A DNA stretch of 64,000 bases, taken from NCBI GenBank assembly GCA_963968595.1, contig CAXAHJ010000004.1, positions 19,273 through 83,272 on the forward strand, in the 5' to 3' direction. This DNA comes from an uncultured Opitutales bacterium (GTDB lineage: Bacteria; Verrucomicrobiota; Verrucomicrobiia; Opitutales; Seribacteraceae). The notes under the pieces are model-generated. The model was not told the DNA's origin, did not search any database, and saw only the letters and a program-made list of their open reading frames with translations. The position numbers and the translations under genes are program-made. Below are positions 54,677 through 64,000 of this stretch, piece after piece. Every line of letters begins with the position of its first letter. The stretch's first letter is position 1.

Positions 54677-55309
54677 TTAGGCTTCCTCCGATTGGGGGTT
54701 AGTGGTGCCGAGAGAAGGACCATCGGCTTTATTGTCGGCGTCAGCATCATCGGTTTTTTTACTCAACACGATCACGCCAACCATTGCGGCAAGCAAAAGA
54801 AAGCCAGCCACTTGCAAGGGCAGCATGTACTTGGTGAATAGTCCGTAGCCAAAGCTTTTGACACTCTTCGAGAACACTATGTTGGCACCTGCGGCTGAGG
54901 TTTCCTCGGTCACGGGTTGCCAGTGATCAGCTGAATCGGTGGCCACGGTGGCCACTCCTGAATACTCGAGGGTCAGCACTGTCAAAAGCCCCACGCCTAG
55001 AAGAGCGATAAAACCGGAAAGAATACGTTTCTTGGACAACTTAGCTCCCTTGCCCGAGTCAGGGCCCACGTCCATCAGCATGATGATGAATAGGAAAAGA
55101 ACCATGACCGCTCCCGCATATACGAGAACCTGCAACACGGCCAAAAAGAATGCCTCCAGCAAAACGAACAACGAGGCCACTCCGACCAAGGACAAGATCA
55201 TGAACATCGCCGCCGTTACGGGATTGCGACTTAGGACCACGGCCAGACCACCTCCCACCGATATGGTGGCAAAGACGTAAAATAAAAAATCTACCAGGCT
55301 GAGGTTCAT
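54677..55309 (-). CDS. nuoJ: NADH-quinone oxidoreductase subunit J
   Basis: ATG 55309 gives MNLSLVDFLFYVFATISVGGGLAVVLSRNPVTAAMFMILSL... and QVLVYAGAVMVLFLFIIML. It has an acidic C-terminal tail. Confidence 0.85.
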   Translation of the reverse strand: MNLSLVDFLFYVFATISVGGGLAVVLSRNPVTAAMFMILSLVGVASLFVLLEAFFLAVLQVLVYAGAVMVLFLFIIMLMDVGPDSGKGAKLSKKRILSGFIALLGVGLLTVLTLEYSGVATVATDSADHWQPVTEETSAAGANIVFSKSVKSFGYGLFTKYMLPLQVAGFLLLAAMVGVIVLSKKTDDADADNKADGPSLGTTNPQSEEA

Positions 55310-55314
55310 TGATC

Positions 55315-55860
55315 TCAGTGAGCGTTGCCCTGTTCCTCGTCGGCCTTCTTCTTGTCCCACTTGAAGTGCTGGTCGGGCAAGGTGCCGCCCATTTCATAAA
55401 GCTTTTCCTTGTCGTTTACCAGTTCCTCGCGGGAATAACCGGATAGTGAATAATTTTCTTGAAGAAAGATGGCTTCTTCCGGGCAAACTTCCTCGCAATA
55501 CCCGCAGTAAATGCATCGGAGCATATCGATCTCGAACTCTTCGGGAGCTTTTTCCACATGAGAGCGCTCCTCATCGTCTTCCGGTATGTGACCGGGGGTG
55601 ATACGAATTGCCTTTGGCGGACAAACGAATTCGCACAATTGGCAAGAAACGCATTTTTCTCGACCATTCGGATCCTTCACCAGAGTGGGTACTCCACGGT
55701 AGCCACGAGGGATCGACGGGCGTTGCTCGGGATACTGGAGGGTCACCTTTTTTTTGAAAAGATTGGAAAGCGTCGTCTTCAGACCGGAAGCGATTTGAGG
55801 CAGGTAAGTGCGCTCGGAAAGAGAGAGCGGTTTGCGTTCTATTACGACTGTCTTGATCAT
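55315..55860 (-). CDS. nuoI: NADH-quinone oxidoreductase subunit I (2x[4Fe-4S])
   Basis: CVSCQLCEFVCP and CIYCGYCEEVCP ferredoxin motifs. Confidence 0.95.
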   Translation of the reverse strand: MIKTVVIERKPLSLSERTYLPQIASGLKTTLSNLFKKKVTLQYPEQRPSIPRGYRGVPTLVKDPNGREKCVSCQLCEFVCPPKAIRITPGHIPEDDEERSHVEKAPEEFEIDMLRCIYCGYCEEVCPEEAIFLQENYSLSGYSREELVNDKEKLYEMGGTLPDQHFKWDKKKADEEQGNAH

Positions 55861-55879
55861 CGGTTCGTCCTCAAAAGGT

Positions 55880-56998
55880 TCATGACGCGGCGGCTTGATC
55901 GAGGTAAGTAACCAAGATCACGTAGAAGATCAAGTTGACCAAGGCCAACGGCAGTAGCTTGGCCCAGCCCAGTTTCATAACTTGATCATAGCGAAAACGC
56001 GGTAGGGTCCAGCGAACCCAAATAAAGAAAAAGATAAGGCAAAAAGTTTTGGCAAGGAACCATCCCACGCCCAGAAGCGAACCTATCCAACCCGGTGCCC
56101 AAGGATCGGCTACCCATGGCAAGAAGTGCCATCCACCGAGAAACAAGGTCGTGAAGATGGCAGACCCGATGACCACATGAGCGTATTCAGCCACAAAGAA
56201 AATCCCGAATTTGAAGCTACCGTACTCCGTATGAAAACCGCCGACCAGATCGGTTTCCGACTCCGGCATGTCGAAAGGCAGGCGATTGGTTTCGGCAAAC
56301 AGGGCGACAAGAAACAAAAAGGCAGATAAGGGCTGAGCAAGAACCAGCCAAGCGGCGTCTTCCTGAGAATTGACGATGGAGACAAGACTCAATCCGCTCC
56401 CGGTCATGCCCGGAGCGTTGACCCAAAGAAAAACCGGTAAAACCGAAAGCCCCATCACGAGCTCGTAGGAAATCATCTGGGCCGAGGAACGAATGCCCCC
56501 GAGGAAAGGATATTTGCTGTTCGAGGACCAACCAGCCAACACGATACCATAGACACCTAGGGAGGAGATCGCAAAAACGAAGAGAATGCCCAAGTCCACG
56601 TTGGCCAACACCAGTGGCGTGGTATGGCCCTCGGCATTTGTGAATTCCCCGAAGGGCAGCACCGTCATGGTGGTCAGAGCGGGAACCAAGGCTACAATGG
56701 GAGAAAGGTGATAATAAAATTTGTTAACATGACCGGGAACGATTTCTTCCTTGAAGAGAAACTTCAAGCCGTCGGCCAACGGTTGAAATATGCCCAGATT
56801 CCGCAAAAAAGGCCCGATGATGGGTATGGCGGAAACAAAGGGAAGGACGGTACGGTTGGGACCCACTCTTCCCTGCATCCATGCGCAGACTTTCCGTTCG
56901 GCCAAAACCGTGTAACCGGCAATGCTCATGACCACACTCACCATTACGATAGCGTAGGTCACCTTCAAGGCGAGCATCTGAATAAGTTCGATGTCCAT
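55880..56998 (-). CDS. nuoH: NADH-quinone oxidoreductase subunit H
   Basis: AERKVCAWMQGRVGPNR, GWSSNSKYPFLGGIRSSAQMISYE, ETNRLPFDMPESETDLVGGFHTEYG. Confidence 0.95.
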   Translation of the reverse strand: MDIELIQMLALKVTYAIVMVSVVMSIAGYTVLAERKVCAWMQGRVGPNRTVLPFVSAIPIIGPFLRNLGIFQPLADGLKFLFKEEIVPGHVNKFYYHLSPIVALVPALTTMTVLPFGEFTNAEGHTTPLVLANVDLGILFVFAISSLGVYGIVLAGWSSNSKYPFLGGIRSSAQMISYELVMGLSVLPVFLWVNAPGMTGSGLSLVSIVNSQEDAAWLVLAQPLSAFLFLVALFAETNRLPFDMPESETDLVGGFHTEYGSFKFGIFFVAEYAHVVIGSAIFTTLFLGGWHFLPWVADPWAPGWIGSLLGVGWFLAKTFCLIFFFIWVRWTLPRFRYDQVMKLGWAKLLPLALVNLIFYVILVTYLDQAAAS

Positions 56999-57007
56999 GG
57001 TTGTCGC

Positions 57008-58735
57008 TTAGACCTTGGCAGCTTTTGGCTTGGCCTTGACTGCTTTTTTGACTTTGGACGGAGAAAAATTCAGAGCCGGTCCCTCAACGTAGGGAAGATC
57101 AGCTAACTTGCCGGGATCCAAGGCGAGGCCATCGGAAGGAATTTCGCGATATGCGATTCCCTTGAGACAGGATGTTCGGAGTTTGCCGATTTCCTTCCAA
57201 AGAGATTCGAGTCCGAGAGATTCTGCAACTTCTCCCAACAACTCCGAGGCAATACGATTGAGGACAAGGAAATCGGGAACAAGCCCTGCGGGTCCGGGCA
57301 CAGCTTGAAAGAATTTCTGAAGACGGAAGTTTCGATTAATGAAGGTTCCGCTCTTCTCAAAGACAGTAAGGCTGGGCAATACGACGTCGGCCATCTTGCT
57401 CGTCTCATTCTCATGGGTGCCGACGTATATGATCTTGGCCTTCTTTATTTGCTCTTTGGTGATGCCGAGGGCAAAGAGGTCTTCGTTCACCACGAGAAGC
57501 GTCTTCAAGTCACCTTTTCCCAATTGAAGAGCCAGTGGTTTCAAATTGTCGGAAGGATATTTTTTGACCATACCCGTAGCCAATGCCCCACGCAGGTTGG
57601 GTGTGCGGTCAGCGGACAGCAAAAGACCATCGTCGTCGCCAAAGTGACCCGACAGATGAGTTTCCGCCTTCGTTTGATCCGCAAGTTTGCGAAGAAGATA
57701 TTGCTCCTCAACGGTAGAATTACAGGATCCGACAATGGCAATTTTATCGTTGGAGAGCAATTCCACCGAGCGAGCTACGGCAGCATCAAGAGTAACCTCG
57801 GCGCCATCAGAGCGGTGGGCAGTCAAACGACTTTCGGACTGAACCTGCTTGAAGAGCTCTCGTCCGCTATCGGTCATCCAAGTATCGTTGACTACATCGT
57901 TGCGACGCGGGGTGATCCGGTAGATTTGCCCCTCTCGGCTTTCCACCAGGGTGTTGGCTCCGGAACTGCTTTCGGTACAAATACTGGGAGACTCCTTCAA
58001 AAACCAAACCCGCATCTTGAAACGGAAGTCAGAACTTGTCAAAGCGCCGACTGGGCAAATGTCGACGGTATTGAGCGAATAGTTATTGGAGAGCTCCTTG
58101 CCGGGGAAGCAAGTGAGGGTGGAATAACTTCCGCGATCCACAAAGCCGAGAACGTCGTCCTTCGCAACTTCTTGGCAAAAACGTATGCAACGAGAGCAAA
58201 GAATGCAGCGTTCGTCATCGAGAGTCACTCTTGGCCCAAGTCTCGTTCGCTTCGGCTTAACGTTTTTTCGCTCCACAAAACGGCTGTAACCGCGACCGTA
58301 ATCCATCGCAAACTCTTGGAGCCGGCACTCGCCCGCTTGGTCGCAAATCGGACAATCGAGCGGATGATTCACAAGTAGAAACTCCATGATTCCCTCGCGA
58401 GAATCCTTGGCTAAAGGCGAATCCGTATTGACGCGCATTCCCGGAGCGACGTTCGTGCCGCAACCGATGACGGGCTTGGGGATCCATCCGATTTTTTGAT
58501 TTCCATCCGCATCCAACACCGGTTCGCCCGTTCCCCGATCTCGCATGGGCATGCCCATTTCGACCAAGCACATACGGCAGTTGCCAGCCACCGTAAGCTT
58601 TGGGTGATAACAATAGTGCGGAATCTCCCGACCATGAATTTGAGCGGCTTCTATCAAGTTTATGCCGGAAGGCACTTCAACTTCCTCTCCATTGAGAATA
58701 ATAGGGATCATATCCACTTTACCGTTTCCGCTCAT
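57008..58735 (-). CDS. nuoG: NADH-quinone oxidoreductase subunit G (short form)
   Basis: 2Fe-2S motif CYHPKLTVAGNCRMCLVEM. 4Fe-4S motifs HPLDCPICDQAGECRLQ and CILCSRCIRFC...CPVGALT. The molybdopterin-like domain is truncated. ATG 58735 is preferred; the ORF opens at TTG 58741. Confidence 0.9.
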   Translation of the reverse strand: MSGNGKVDMIPIILNGEEVEVPSGINLIEAAQIHGREIPHYCYHPKLTVAGNCRMCLVEMGMPMRDRGTGEPVLDADGNQKIGWIPKPVIGCGTNVAPGMRVNTDSPLAKDSREGIMEFLLVNHPLDCPICDQAGECRLQEFAMDYGRGYSRFVERKNVKPKRTRLGPRVTLDDERCILCSRCIRFCQEVAKDDVLGFVDRGSYSTLTCFPGKELSNNYSLNTVDICPVGALTSSDFRFKMRVWFLKESPSICTESSSGANTLVESREGQIYRITPRRNDVVNDTWMTDSGRELFKQVQSESRLTAHRSDGAEVTLDAAVARSVELLSNDKIAIVGSCNSTVEEQYLLRKLADQTKAETHLSGHFGDDDGLLLSADRTPNLRGALATGMVKKYPSDNLKPLALQLGKGDLKTLLVVNEDLFALGITKEQIKKAKIIYVGTHENETSKMADVVLPSLTVFEKSGTFINRNFRLQKFFQAVPGPAGLVPDFLVLNRIASELLGEVAESLGLESLWKEIGKLRTSCLKGIAYREIPSDGLALDPGKLADLPYVEGPALNFSPSKVKKAVKAKPKAAKV

Positions 58736-58745
58736 ATGCAAAATT

Positions 58746-60107
58746 TCAGATTAATCGTAAACGCGCGGGCCCTTCCGCATCGTCATCGGGAGCAGGCTGG
58801 TTGGCCTTGGCGATGAATTCATCCTTAAACTTAGCGACAAAACTTTGAGTGGGCCATGCGGCAGCCTCGCCGAATGCGCAGATGGTGCGGCCCTCAATTT
58901 GGTTGGCCACCGAAACGAGCAAGTCGGAATCTTCTTCTCTGGCTCCGCCCGAGCACATGCGAGTAGTGATTTTCCGCATCCATAGAGAACCTTCCCGGCA
59001 GGGAGTGCATTGGCCGCAGGATTCGTGGGCATAAAAGGCGTTGACGTTGGCCAGCGCCTCCACGATGTCGACACTGTCGTCCATAACGATTATGCCGCCT
59101 GAACCCGACATGGTGCCCGCAGCTATGGGGCCATCAAAATCCAACGGGATGTCGGTCACGCCCCAGTCGAAATCAGTTCCATCCTTCAGCGTGCCGGTAA
59201 ATCGTTCGTCTGCTCGAAGCACTTTGGCGGAGGAACCGCCGGGAATGACCGCCTTCAAACTTCTACCCGGATTCAGACCACCACAGACGTCGTAAATCAT
59301 TTCTCCGAGAGTGAGAGCCCCGCACTCGAATTCAAAATATCCCGGTTTTTGAACCTGCCCGGAAACGCACCAGATACGAGTACCGGTATTATTCGGGATA
59401 CCTAGCTGGGCAAATGCATCGGCGCCCATTTCCAAAATATGCTTAACGTTACACAGGGTCTCTACGTTGTTGACGATCGTTGGACACTGATAGACACCCA
59501 ACACGGCGGGGAAATAGGGAGGCTTGATTCGGGGGTTCGGTCGCTTTCCCTCCAAAGACTCGATCAGGCCGGTCTCCTCACCGCAGATATACGCCCCGGC
59601 CCCACGATGCACCACGATATCGCAGGAATAACCCGAACCCAAAACATTGTCACCGCACAACTTCTTTGCCTTGGCCTCGGCAATGGCGCGATCGAGGATT
59701 CGAGCCCCTTCGAAAAATTCGGCTCGGATATATATAAAAGCCTGTTTGGCTTGGATCGCGTAGGCTGAGATCATCATACCCTCAATCAATTGATGGGGAT
59801 CCTTGTAGATGATTTGCCGATCCTTGAAAGTTCCGGGTTCGGATTCGTCGGCATTGCATATGAGGTATATCGGCTTGCCCGACTTGCGATCTAGAAACTT
59901 CCATTTCATGCCCGTGGGGAAGCCTGCTCCTCCGCGACCGCGAACACCCGATTTCAAGACCTCCTCGCAAATGTCTTCGGGCTTCGACTTGACCGCTTTC
60001 TTAAGCATGTCGTACCCTCCGTGCTCGAGATAGCAAGGCAGGTCGTTGGAGTACCCCTTGGCATCGGCGTACTTCAAAATGATTCGTTTTTCCTTTGCTA
60101 CCGCCAT
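58746..60107 (-). CDS. nuoF: NADH-quinone oxidoreductase subunit F
   Basis: FMN/NADH site GRGGAGFPTGMKW and GAGAYICGEETGLIESLEG. 4Fe-4S motif ESCGQCTPCREG. Confidence 0.95.
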   Translation of the reverse strand: MAVAKEKRIILKYADAKGYSNDLPCYLEHGGYDMLKKAVKSKPEDICEEVLKSGVRGRGGAGFPTGMKWKFLDRKSGKPIYLICNADESEPGTFKDRQIIYKDPHQLIEGMMISAYAIQAKQAFIYIRAEFFEGARILDRAIAEAKAKKLCGDNVLGSGYSCDIVVHRGAGAYICGEETGLIESLEGKRPNPRIKPPYFPAVLGVYQCPTIVNNVETLCNVKHILEMGADAFAQLGIPNNTGTRIWCVSGQVQKPGYFEFECGALTLGEMIYDVCGGLNPGRSLKAVIPGGSSAKVLRADERFTGTLKDGTDFDWGVTDIPLDFDGPIAAGTMSGSGGIIVMDDSVDIVEALANVNAFYAHESCGQCTPCREGSLWMRKITTRMCSGGAREEDSDLLVSVANQIEGRTICAFGEAAAWPTQSFVAKFKDEFIAKANQPAPDDDAEGPARLRLI

Positions 60108-60113
60108 GTCGAT

Positions 60114-60686
60114 TTACTTCTTTCGAGCGCCTTTCTTCTTAGAGGCAACAGTCTTTTTACGAGGTTTGGCAAGCCCGTCTTCGTAACTCGTGAAATTCCG
60201 GTCCTTTTCGAGCGTGCCATTTTTCACGTGCTCGGCAAATTTCTCAGCGGCTTCGCCCTGAACATCCTCATAAGTCTTTTCATCAACGATCACCACGGGA
60301 CCTTTACCGCAATCGGCAAGGCATTCCATGAATTCGATGGAAAAATCTCCGTCTTCGGAAACATGCCCTTCCTTGACTCCGAGTTTTTCCTCAAGGGTAC
60401 GGCAAGTTTTGTAGGAACCACGCAAGGCGCAAGGGAGGGTTCGGCATACGCGGACGTGGGTCTTCCCCCACGGTTCCCTACGAATCATGGGATAAAAAGT
60501 AACGACCTCGTAAATGTTCACTGGTTCCACCTCCAACCTCTCGGCAATCCACTCCACCGCTTCATCGGAGATGCAGCCTTTCTCATCCTGTATCAAGTGG
60601 ATGACCATGAGGGTGGCGCTTCGCTTTTCCGGATAACGAGCGACGACCTCATCGATCTTGGTTAAAGTTTCTTTGCTAAGTTCCAT
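60114..60686 (-). CDS. nuoE: NADH-quinone oxidoreductase subunit E
   Basis: Thioredoxin-like 2Fe-2S subunit with cysteines in RVCRTLPCALRG and ECLADCGKGP. It has a Lys-rich C-terminal tail. Confidence 0.9.
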   Translation of the reverse strand: MELSKETLTKIDEVVARYPEKRSATLMVIHLIQDEKGCISDEAVEWIAERLEVEPVNIYEVVTFYPMIRREPWGKTHVRVCRTLPCALRGSYKTCRTLEEKLGVKEGHVSEDGDFSIEFMECLADCGKGPVVIVDEKTYEDVQGEAAEKFAEHVKNGTLEKDRNFTSYEDGLAKPRKKTVASKKKGARKK

Positions 60687-60705
60687 GAAAATTCTCGCTA
60701 TGAAA

Positions 60706-61953
60706 CTAGCGGTCGCACTCGCCCATCACGAAATCGAGGCTGCCCAGAATTACGGTGATATCTGAGAGCATATGGCCGGGAGCCATTTCCTCAAGAATAC
60801 TTAAGTTGCAAAAGCTGGGAGCCCTAATCTTGAGGCGGTAGGGAACTCCCCCACCCTTCGAGTATACGTAAAATCCAAGTATGCCTTTCGGGTTTTCAGC
60901 TTCGAAGTAAACCTCTCCGGGAGGAACCTGAGGACCTTCCGTTACGATCATGAAATTCTGAATCAACTCCTCCATGCTCGTGAGGATTTTTTCCTTAGGG
61001 GGGGCGAAAATCTTCTTGGCGTCTTCGGCATACCATGAACCGCCGGGGAAATTGTCGATGACTTGCCTGACAATGCGAATGCTCTGACGAATTTCCTCTA
61101 TGCGCACGAGATATCGGTCGTAGCAGTCACCTTTAACGCCAATGGGAACGTCGAAATCATACTGCTCGTAACCGCAGTATGGTTTGTCCTTGCGCAAATC
61201 CAGGTCCACTCCCGAAGCTCGCAAGTTCGGTCCCGTGATGCCCCAAGCAAGAGCGTTCTCCTTGCTGATGACTCCAATATCCTCCGTGCGATCAAGAAAT
61301 ATTCGGTTTCGGGTAAGAAGCTTTTCCACCTCGTCGATCGCCTTGGGTAGTTCGTCGCAAAACTTGATCACGCGGCTTAGCCAGCCATCGGGCACGTCTC
61401 GAGACACTCCCCCGATTCGAGTGTAACTGGTAGTGAATCGGGCTCCCGTCAACTCCTCGAACAAAGTGTAAAGCTTTTCACGCTCCGTAAAGGTGTACAT
61501 GAAGGGCGTCCACGCACCAGCGTCCATGCCGAAGACACCCATGCCGAGTAGGTGACTGGAGATACGAGCCAGTTCGCACACGAGCACGCGTATCGCTTGG
61601 CAACGCTCGGGAATCTCAATATCGGTCAATTTCTCGACGGCCAAAACATAGGCGACGTTGTTGGCAAGAGGCGCAATGTAGTCCAGTCGATCCGTATAAG
61701 GGACGAACTGGTTGTAAGTCATGTTCTCGGCGATCTTCTCGTCGCCGCGATGCAAGTATCCGAGTACAGGTTCACACTTGGCGATGAGATCGCCGTCCAA
61801 TTCCATAATGAGCCGGAGCACACCGTGGGTAGTGGGATGTGAGGGGCCCACGTTCAAGGCCATGCGTTCTCCGTCGGAACCTTGGGCAAGGTCGGCGCCA
61901 CGCGCGGCAACGTCGCCTACGCTCACTTCCTTTGTAACGGTCGTGGAACTCAT
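60706..61953 (-). CDS. nuoD: NADH-quinone oxidoreductase subunit D
   Basis: LNVGPSHPTTHGVLRL, YLHRGDEK, C-terminal LGSLDFVMGECDR. ATG 61953 overlaps the nuoC stop (ATGA). Confidence 0.95.
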   Translation of the reverse strand: MSSTTVTKEVSVGDVAARGADLAQGSDGERMALNVGPSHPTTHGVLRLIMELDGDLIAKCEPVLGYLHRGDEKIAENMTYNQFVPYTDRLDYIAPLANNVAYVLAVEKLTDIEIPERCQAIRVLVCELARISSHLLGMGVFGMDAGAWTPFMYTFTEREKLYTLFEELTGARFTTSYTRIGGVSRDVPDGWLSRVIKFCDELPKAIDEVEKLLTRNRIFLDRTEDIGVISKENALAWGITGPNLRASGVDLDLRKDKPYCGYEQYDFDVPIGVKGDCYDRYLVRIEEIRQSIRIVRQVIDNFPGGSWYAEDAKKIFAPPKEKILTSMEELIQNFMIVTEGPQVPPGEVYFEAENPKGILGFYVYSKGGGVPYRLKIRAPSFCNLSILEEMAPGHMLSDITVILGSLDFVMGECDR

Positions 61954-62564
61954 AGCGTTTTCTCGACCTCTTCGGTCCAACTTTCATCCTTGGCTCGCGG
62001 CTCGGCCTCGCTCACGTTGCCTCCGGCAGGTGAAACAAAGGGGCCCCCCATCATGGGAGCAGGTTCCACGGAAGCTTTCGTTACCTCCGCTACGTCGGGT
62101 GCGGGCAGAGGAGTCTCGATCCCGGCAAGGGGGAATTCTTTGCGCAAGGGATGGTAGGGATACTCGTCCCACATTAGAATGCGCTTCAAATTGGGATGCC
62201 CTGCAAAGATTATGCCGAACATGTCGAAAACTTCACGTTCGTGCCAATCCGCGGCAGGATAAACGGCAGCCAAGCTGGGCACCTCGGGCTCGTCTACGCT
62301 AGGGCAATCGCAAGCGATGCGGAGGTAGGTTTTGAGAGCCAAGGAATAGAAATGATAAAGCGTGGTGAAACGTGGTGAGTTTTCCTGACCCCAGTCAAGG
62401 GCCGTTAGATCCACCAACATTTCAAAACCCTCACGATCGCGGAGTGCCGAAGCCAGTTCCACCAAGTTCTCCGGCGGACAAAAATAAGACAAGCAATCCA
62501 CCGAGTCGCGTGAAGAAAGGAAAACGTAGCGTTCCATAAGCCCCTTGGCCAATTCCTCGTCCAT
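61950..62564 (-). CDS. nuoC: NADH-quinone oxidoreductase subunit C
   Basis: LVDLTALDW, RFTTLYHFYS, YPAADWHEREVFDMFGIIFAGHPNLKRIL. ATG 62564 is preferred; the ORF opens at TTG 62579. Confidence 0.9.
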   Translation of the reverse strand: MDEELAKGLMERYVFLSSRDSVDCLSYFCPPENLVELASALRDREGFEMLVDLTALDWGQENSPRFTTLYHFYSLALKTYLRIACDCPSVDEPEVPSLAAVYPAADWHEREVFDMFGIIFAGHPNLKRILMWDEYPYHPLRKEFPLAGIETPLPAPDVAEVTKASVEPAPMMGGPFVSPAGGNVSEAEPRAKDESWTEEVEKTL

Positions 62565-62575
62565 AAGGCAACAGC

Positions 62576-63100
62576 TCAAGCGACCGAAACGGTCTCTTGC
62601 GTCTTACGCAGGTTTCTAACGGAAGGCTCGCGTCCGATTTTGTCTTGGAGCTTGATCATGGCATCAAGCAAAGCCTCCGGACGAGGAGGACATCCGCTAA
62701 CGTACACGTCGACTGGAACAATGTTGTCTACTCCCTGCAGCACGGCATAGGAGCGATACATGCCACCCGTAGAAGCGCAAGCCCCCATAGCGACCACCCA
62801 TTTGGGGTCGCCCATTTGGTCGTAAATCCGGCGAACGACTTCAGCCATTTTGTAGGTTACCGTGCCCGCAACGATCATACAGTCAGCCTGTCGTGGAGAA
62901 AACCTCATGACCTCCATGCCAAAACGTGAAATATCGAACTTGGAAGCAGCAGTAGCCATAAGCTCAATCGCACAGCAGGCTAATCCCATGGGCATAGGCC
63001 AAACTGAGTGCTGGCGTATCCAGTTCACTACTGCATCGGCTCGGGTGACGATAATTTCCCCCTCAACCTTACTATCGTAAGCAATTTCCTCGGTAGACAT
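62576..63100 (-). CDS. nuoB: NADH-quinone oxidoreductase subunit B
   Basis: [18 protein letters not shown] and SGCPPRPE motifs of cluster N2. ATG at 63100. Confidence 0.95.
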   Translation of the reverse strand: MSTEEIAYDSKVEGEIIVTRADAVVNWIRQHSVWPMPMGLACCAIELMATAASKFDISRFGMEVMRFSPRQADCMIVAGTVTYKMAEVVRRIYDQMGDPKWVVAMGACASTGGMYRSYAVLQGVDNIVPVDVYVSGCPPRPEALLDAMIKLQDKIGREPSVRNLRKTQETVSVA

Positions 63101-63282
63101 AAAAAATGATGGTTAATATTCTTGTTATCGACATCGTTCCCAACCGGCAAACCTCAAAAGAAAGAATTAGCAATCCGAATCCTAGAAAAAAGGAACCTAA
63201 TTCAATGGGGCTGATTTTCCTTTAGGCGTTGACTAGACGCTCATGCGAAACATGCTTATTCGACCAGCCTGAAAACACTTTA

Positions 63283-63370
<88 letters not shown>

Positions 63371-63381
63371 CTTTGGTCAGA

Positions 63382-64000
63382 TCAAGCCTCCCGTACAAAC
63401 ACTTTGGCTCCGGTGGTAAAGCGAGCCTCGGCTAATTCGAGTACGGCGGGAGCGGCAACAGGGTCACCGCCGGCAGCAGCAGTCGCCTGACCGGCAACGA
63501 GAACGGAAGTCTTACCATATAGGTTGAGAGTTTCGCCGTCATTTGGCGAAAGAACACTCCCCGAGTTCAGCCAACGTCGAAGCTCGATTTGGCTCCAACT
63601 GCGATAAGGCTCTCGATTGCCAAGTAGGTTTTCGGCAAAACGAATCGATGCGGTTTTCCAAAGACTGTTCGATAGTTCGCCCGATTCGGTCATTGCTTTC
63701 TGCATTGACTCAGTAGTCAACCAGATGGCCGTCACTGAGGTGTCGGCCACTACGTTGGCGGTACGCGGCACCCCGGCCAAGACAGCCATTTCACCGATAA
63801 CGGCTCCACGGCCCATGATATCGACCACGAGATCACCAATCGACACGTTGACACTTCCTCCGGTAATAACGATCATACCGTCTCCGGCGCCGCCCTGCTC
63901 CATGATTCGTTGGCCTGAGGCGTACGAGCGCTGCTCGGAAAGACCGATAATCTGGGAAATGACTGAATCGGGCAACCCCTTCAACCAAGTTACCTCGCGT
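63382..64000 (-). CDS. protein with cyclic-nucleotide-binding (cNMP/CAP-effector) domain, C-terminal part (gene runs off the right edge)
   Basis: LKGLPDSVISQIIGLSEQRSYASGQRIMEQGGAGDGMIVITGGSVNVSIGDLVVDIMGRGAVIGEMAVLAGVPRTANVVADTSVTAIWL is a beta-barrel cNMP-binding pattern with G.GE(M/L)A...PR(T/S)A. The reading frame stays open upstream of the listed TTG start through to nt 64000. Confidence 0.7.
   Translation of the reverse strand, partial: REVTWLKGLPDSVISQIIGLSEQRSYASGQRIMEQGGAGDGMIVITGGSVNVSIGDLVVDIMGRGAVIGEMAVLAGVPRTANVVADTSVTAIWLTTESMQKAMTESGELSNSLWKTASIRFAENLLGNREPYRSWSQIELRRWLNSGSVLSPNDGETLNLYGKTSVLVAGQATAAAGGDPVAAPAVLELAEARFTTGAKVFVREA

Noticed and set aside
57305-58378. 357-aa ORF on the plus strand
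   Set aside because: It is antisense to nuoG (clear Fe-S motifs on the minus strand) and has no motifs of its own. Shadow ORF.

Overview
This window is 64 kb of mostly housekeeping chromosomal DNA from a Gram-negative bacterium, with most genes on the minus strand. The gene content suggests a PVC-group organism, probably Verrucomicrobiota. That call rests on a fused lpxC-fabZ, a Minf_1886-type protein and many eukaryote-like repeat proteins (MORN-variant, GYF, FG-GAP, LRR, Sel1, class I PDE). It is an inference; no search was possible. I count about 60 protein genes and 3 tRNAs (Arg-TCT, Leu-TAG, Ser-GGA). I found no rRNA, no CRISPR array and no recognisable transposase or integrase. Landmarks: a 13-gene complex I operon nuoB-nuoN (49.3-63.1 kb, minus strand, no nuoA); pyruvate carboxylase; lpxA plus lpxC/fabZ; mutL; glycogen phosphorylase; mutarotase; transaldolase plus class II FBP aldolase; a yggS / SirB1-like / aroE / pilD operon; Mrp/ApbC; and an rpmG (L33) gene too short for the ORF track. 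Three loci stand out. (i) A 1910-aa protein (43.0-49.1 kb) with an N-terminal membrane anchor or signal, an almost entirely coiled-coil body, a C-terminal beta-sandwich-like domain and a small upstream partner ORF. It sits beside a patch of small, apparently lineage-restricted genes (40.1-42.9 kb). (ii) A eukaryote-type class I cyclic-nucleotide phosphodiesterase gene split over three reading frames by two +1 frameshifts, abutting the 3' end of tRNA-Arg. (iii) A tightly coupled five-gene operon in which an orphan tolB-like gene leads a PDZ-less HtrA-type protease, a large secreted unknown, an FG-GAP/VCBS protein and ymdB. I see no clear-cut known defence, secretion or biosynthetic system. All functional proposals for the unusual loci are hypotheses.
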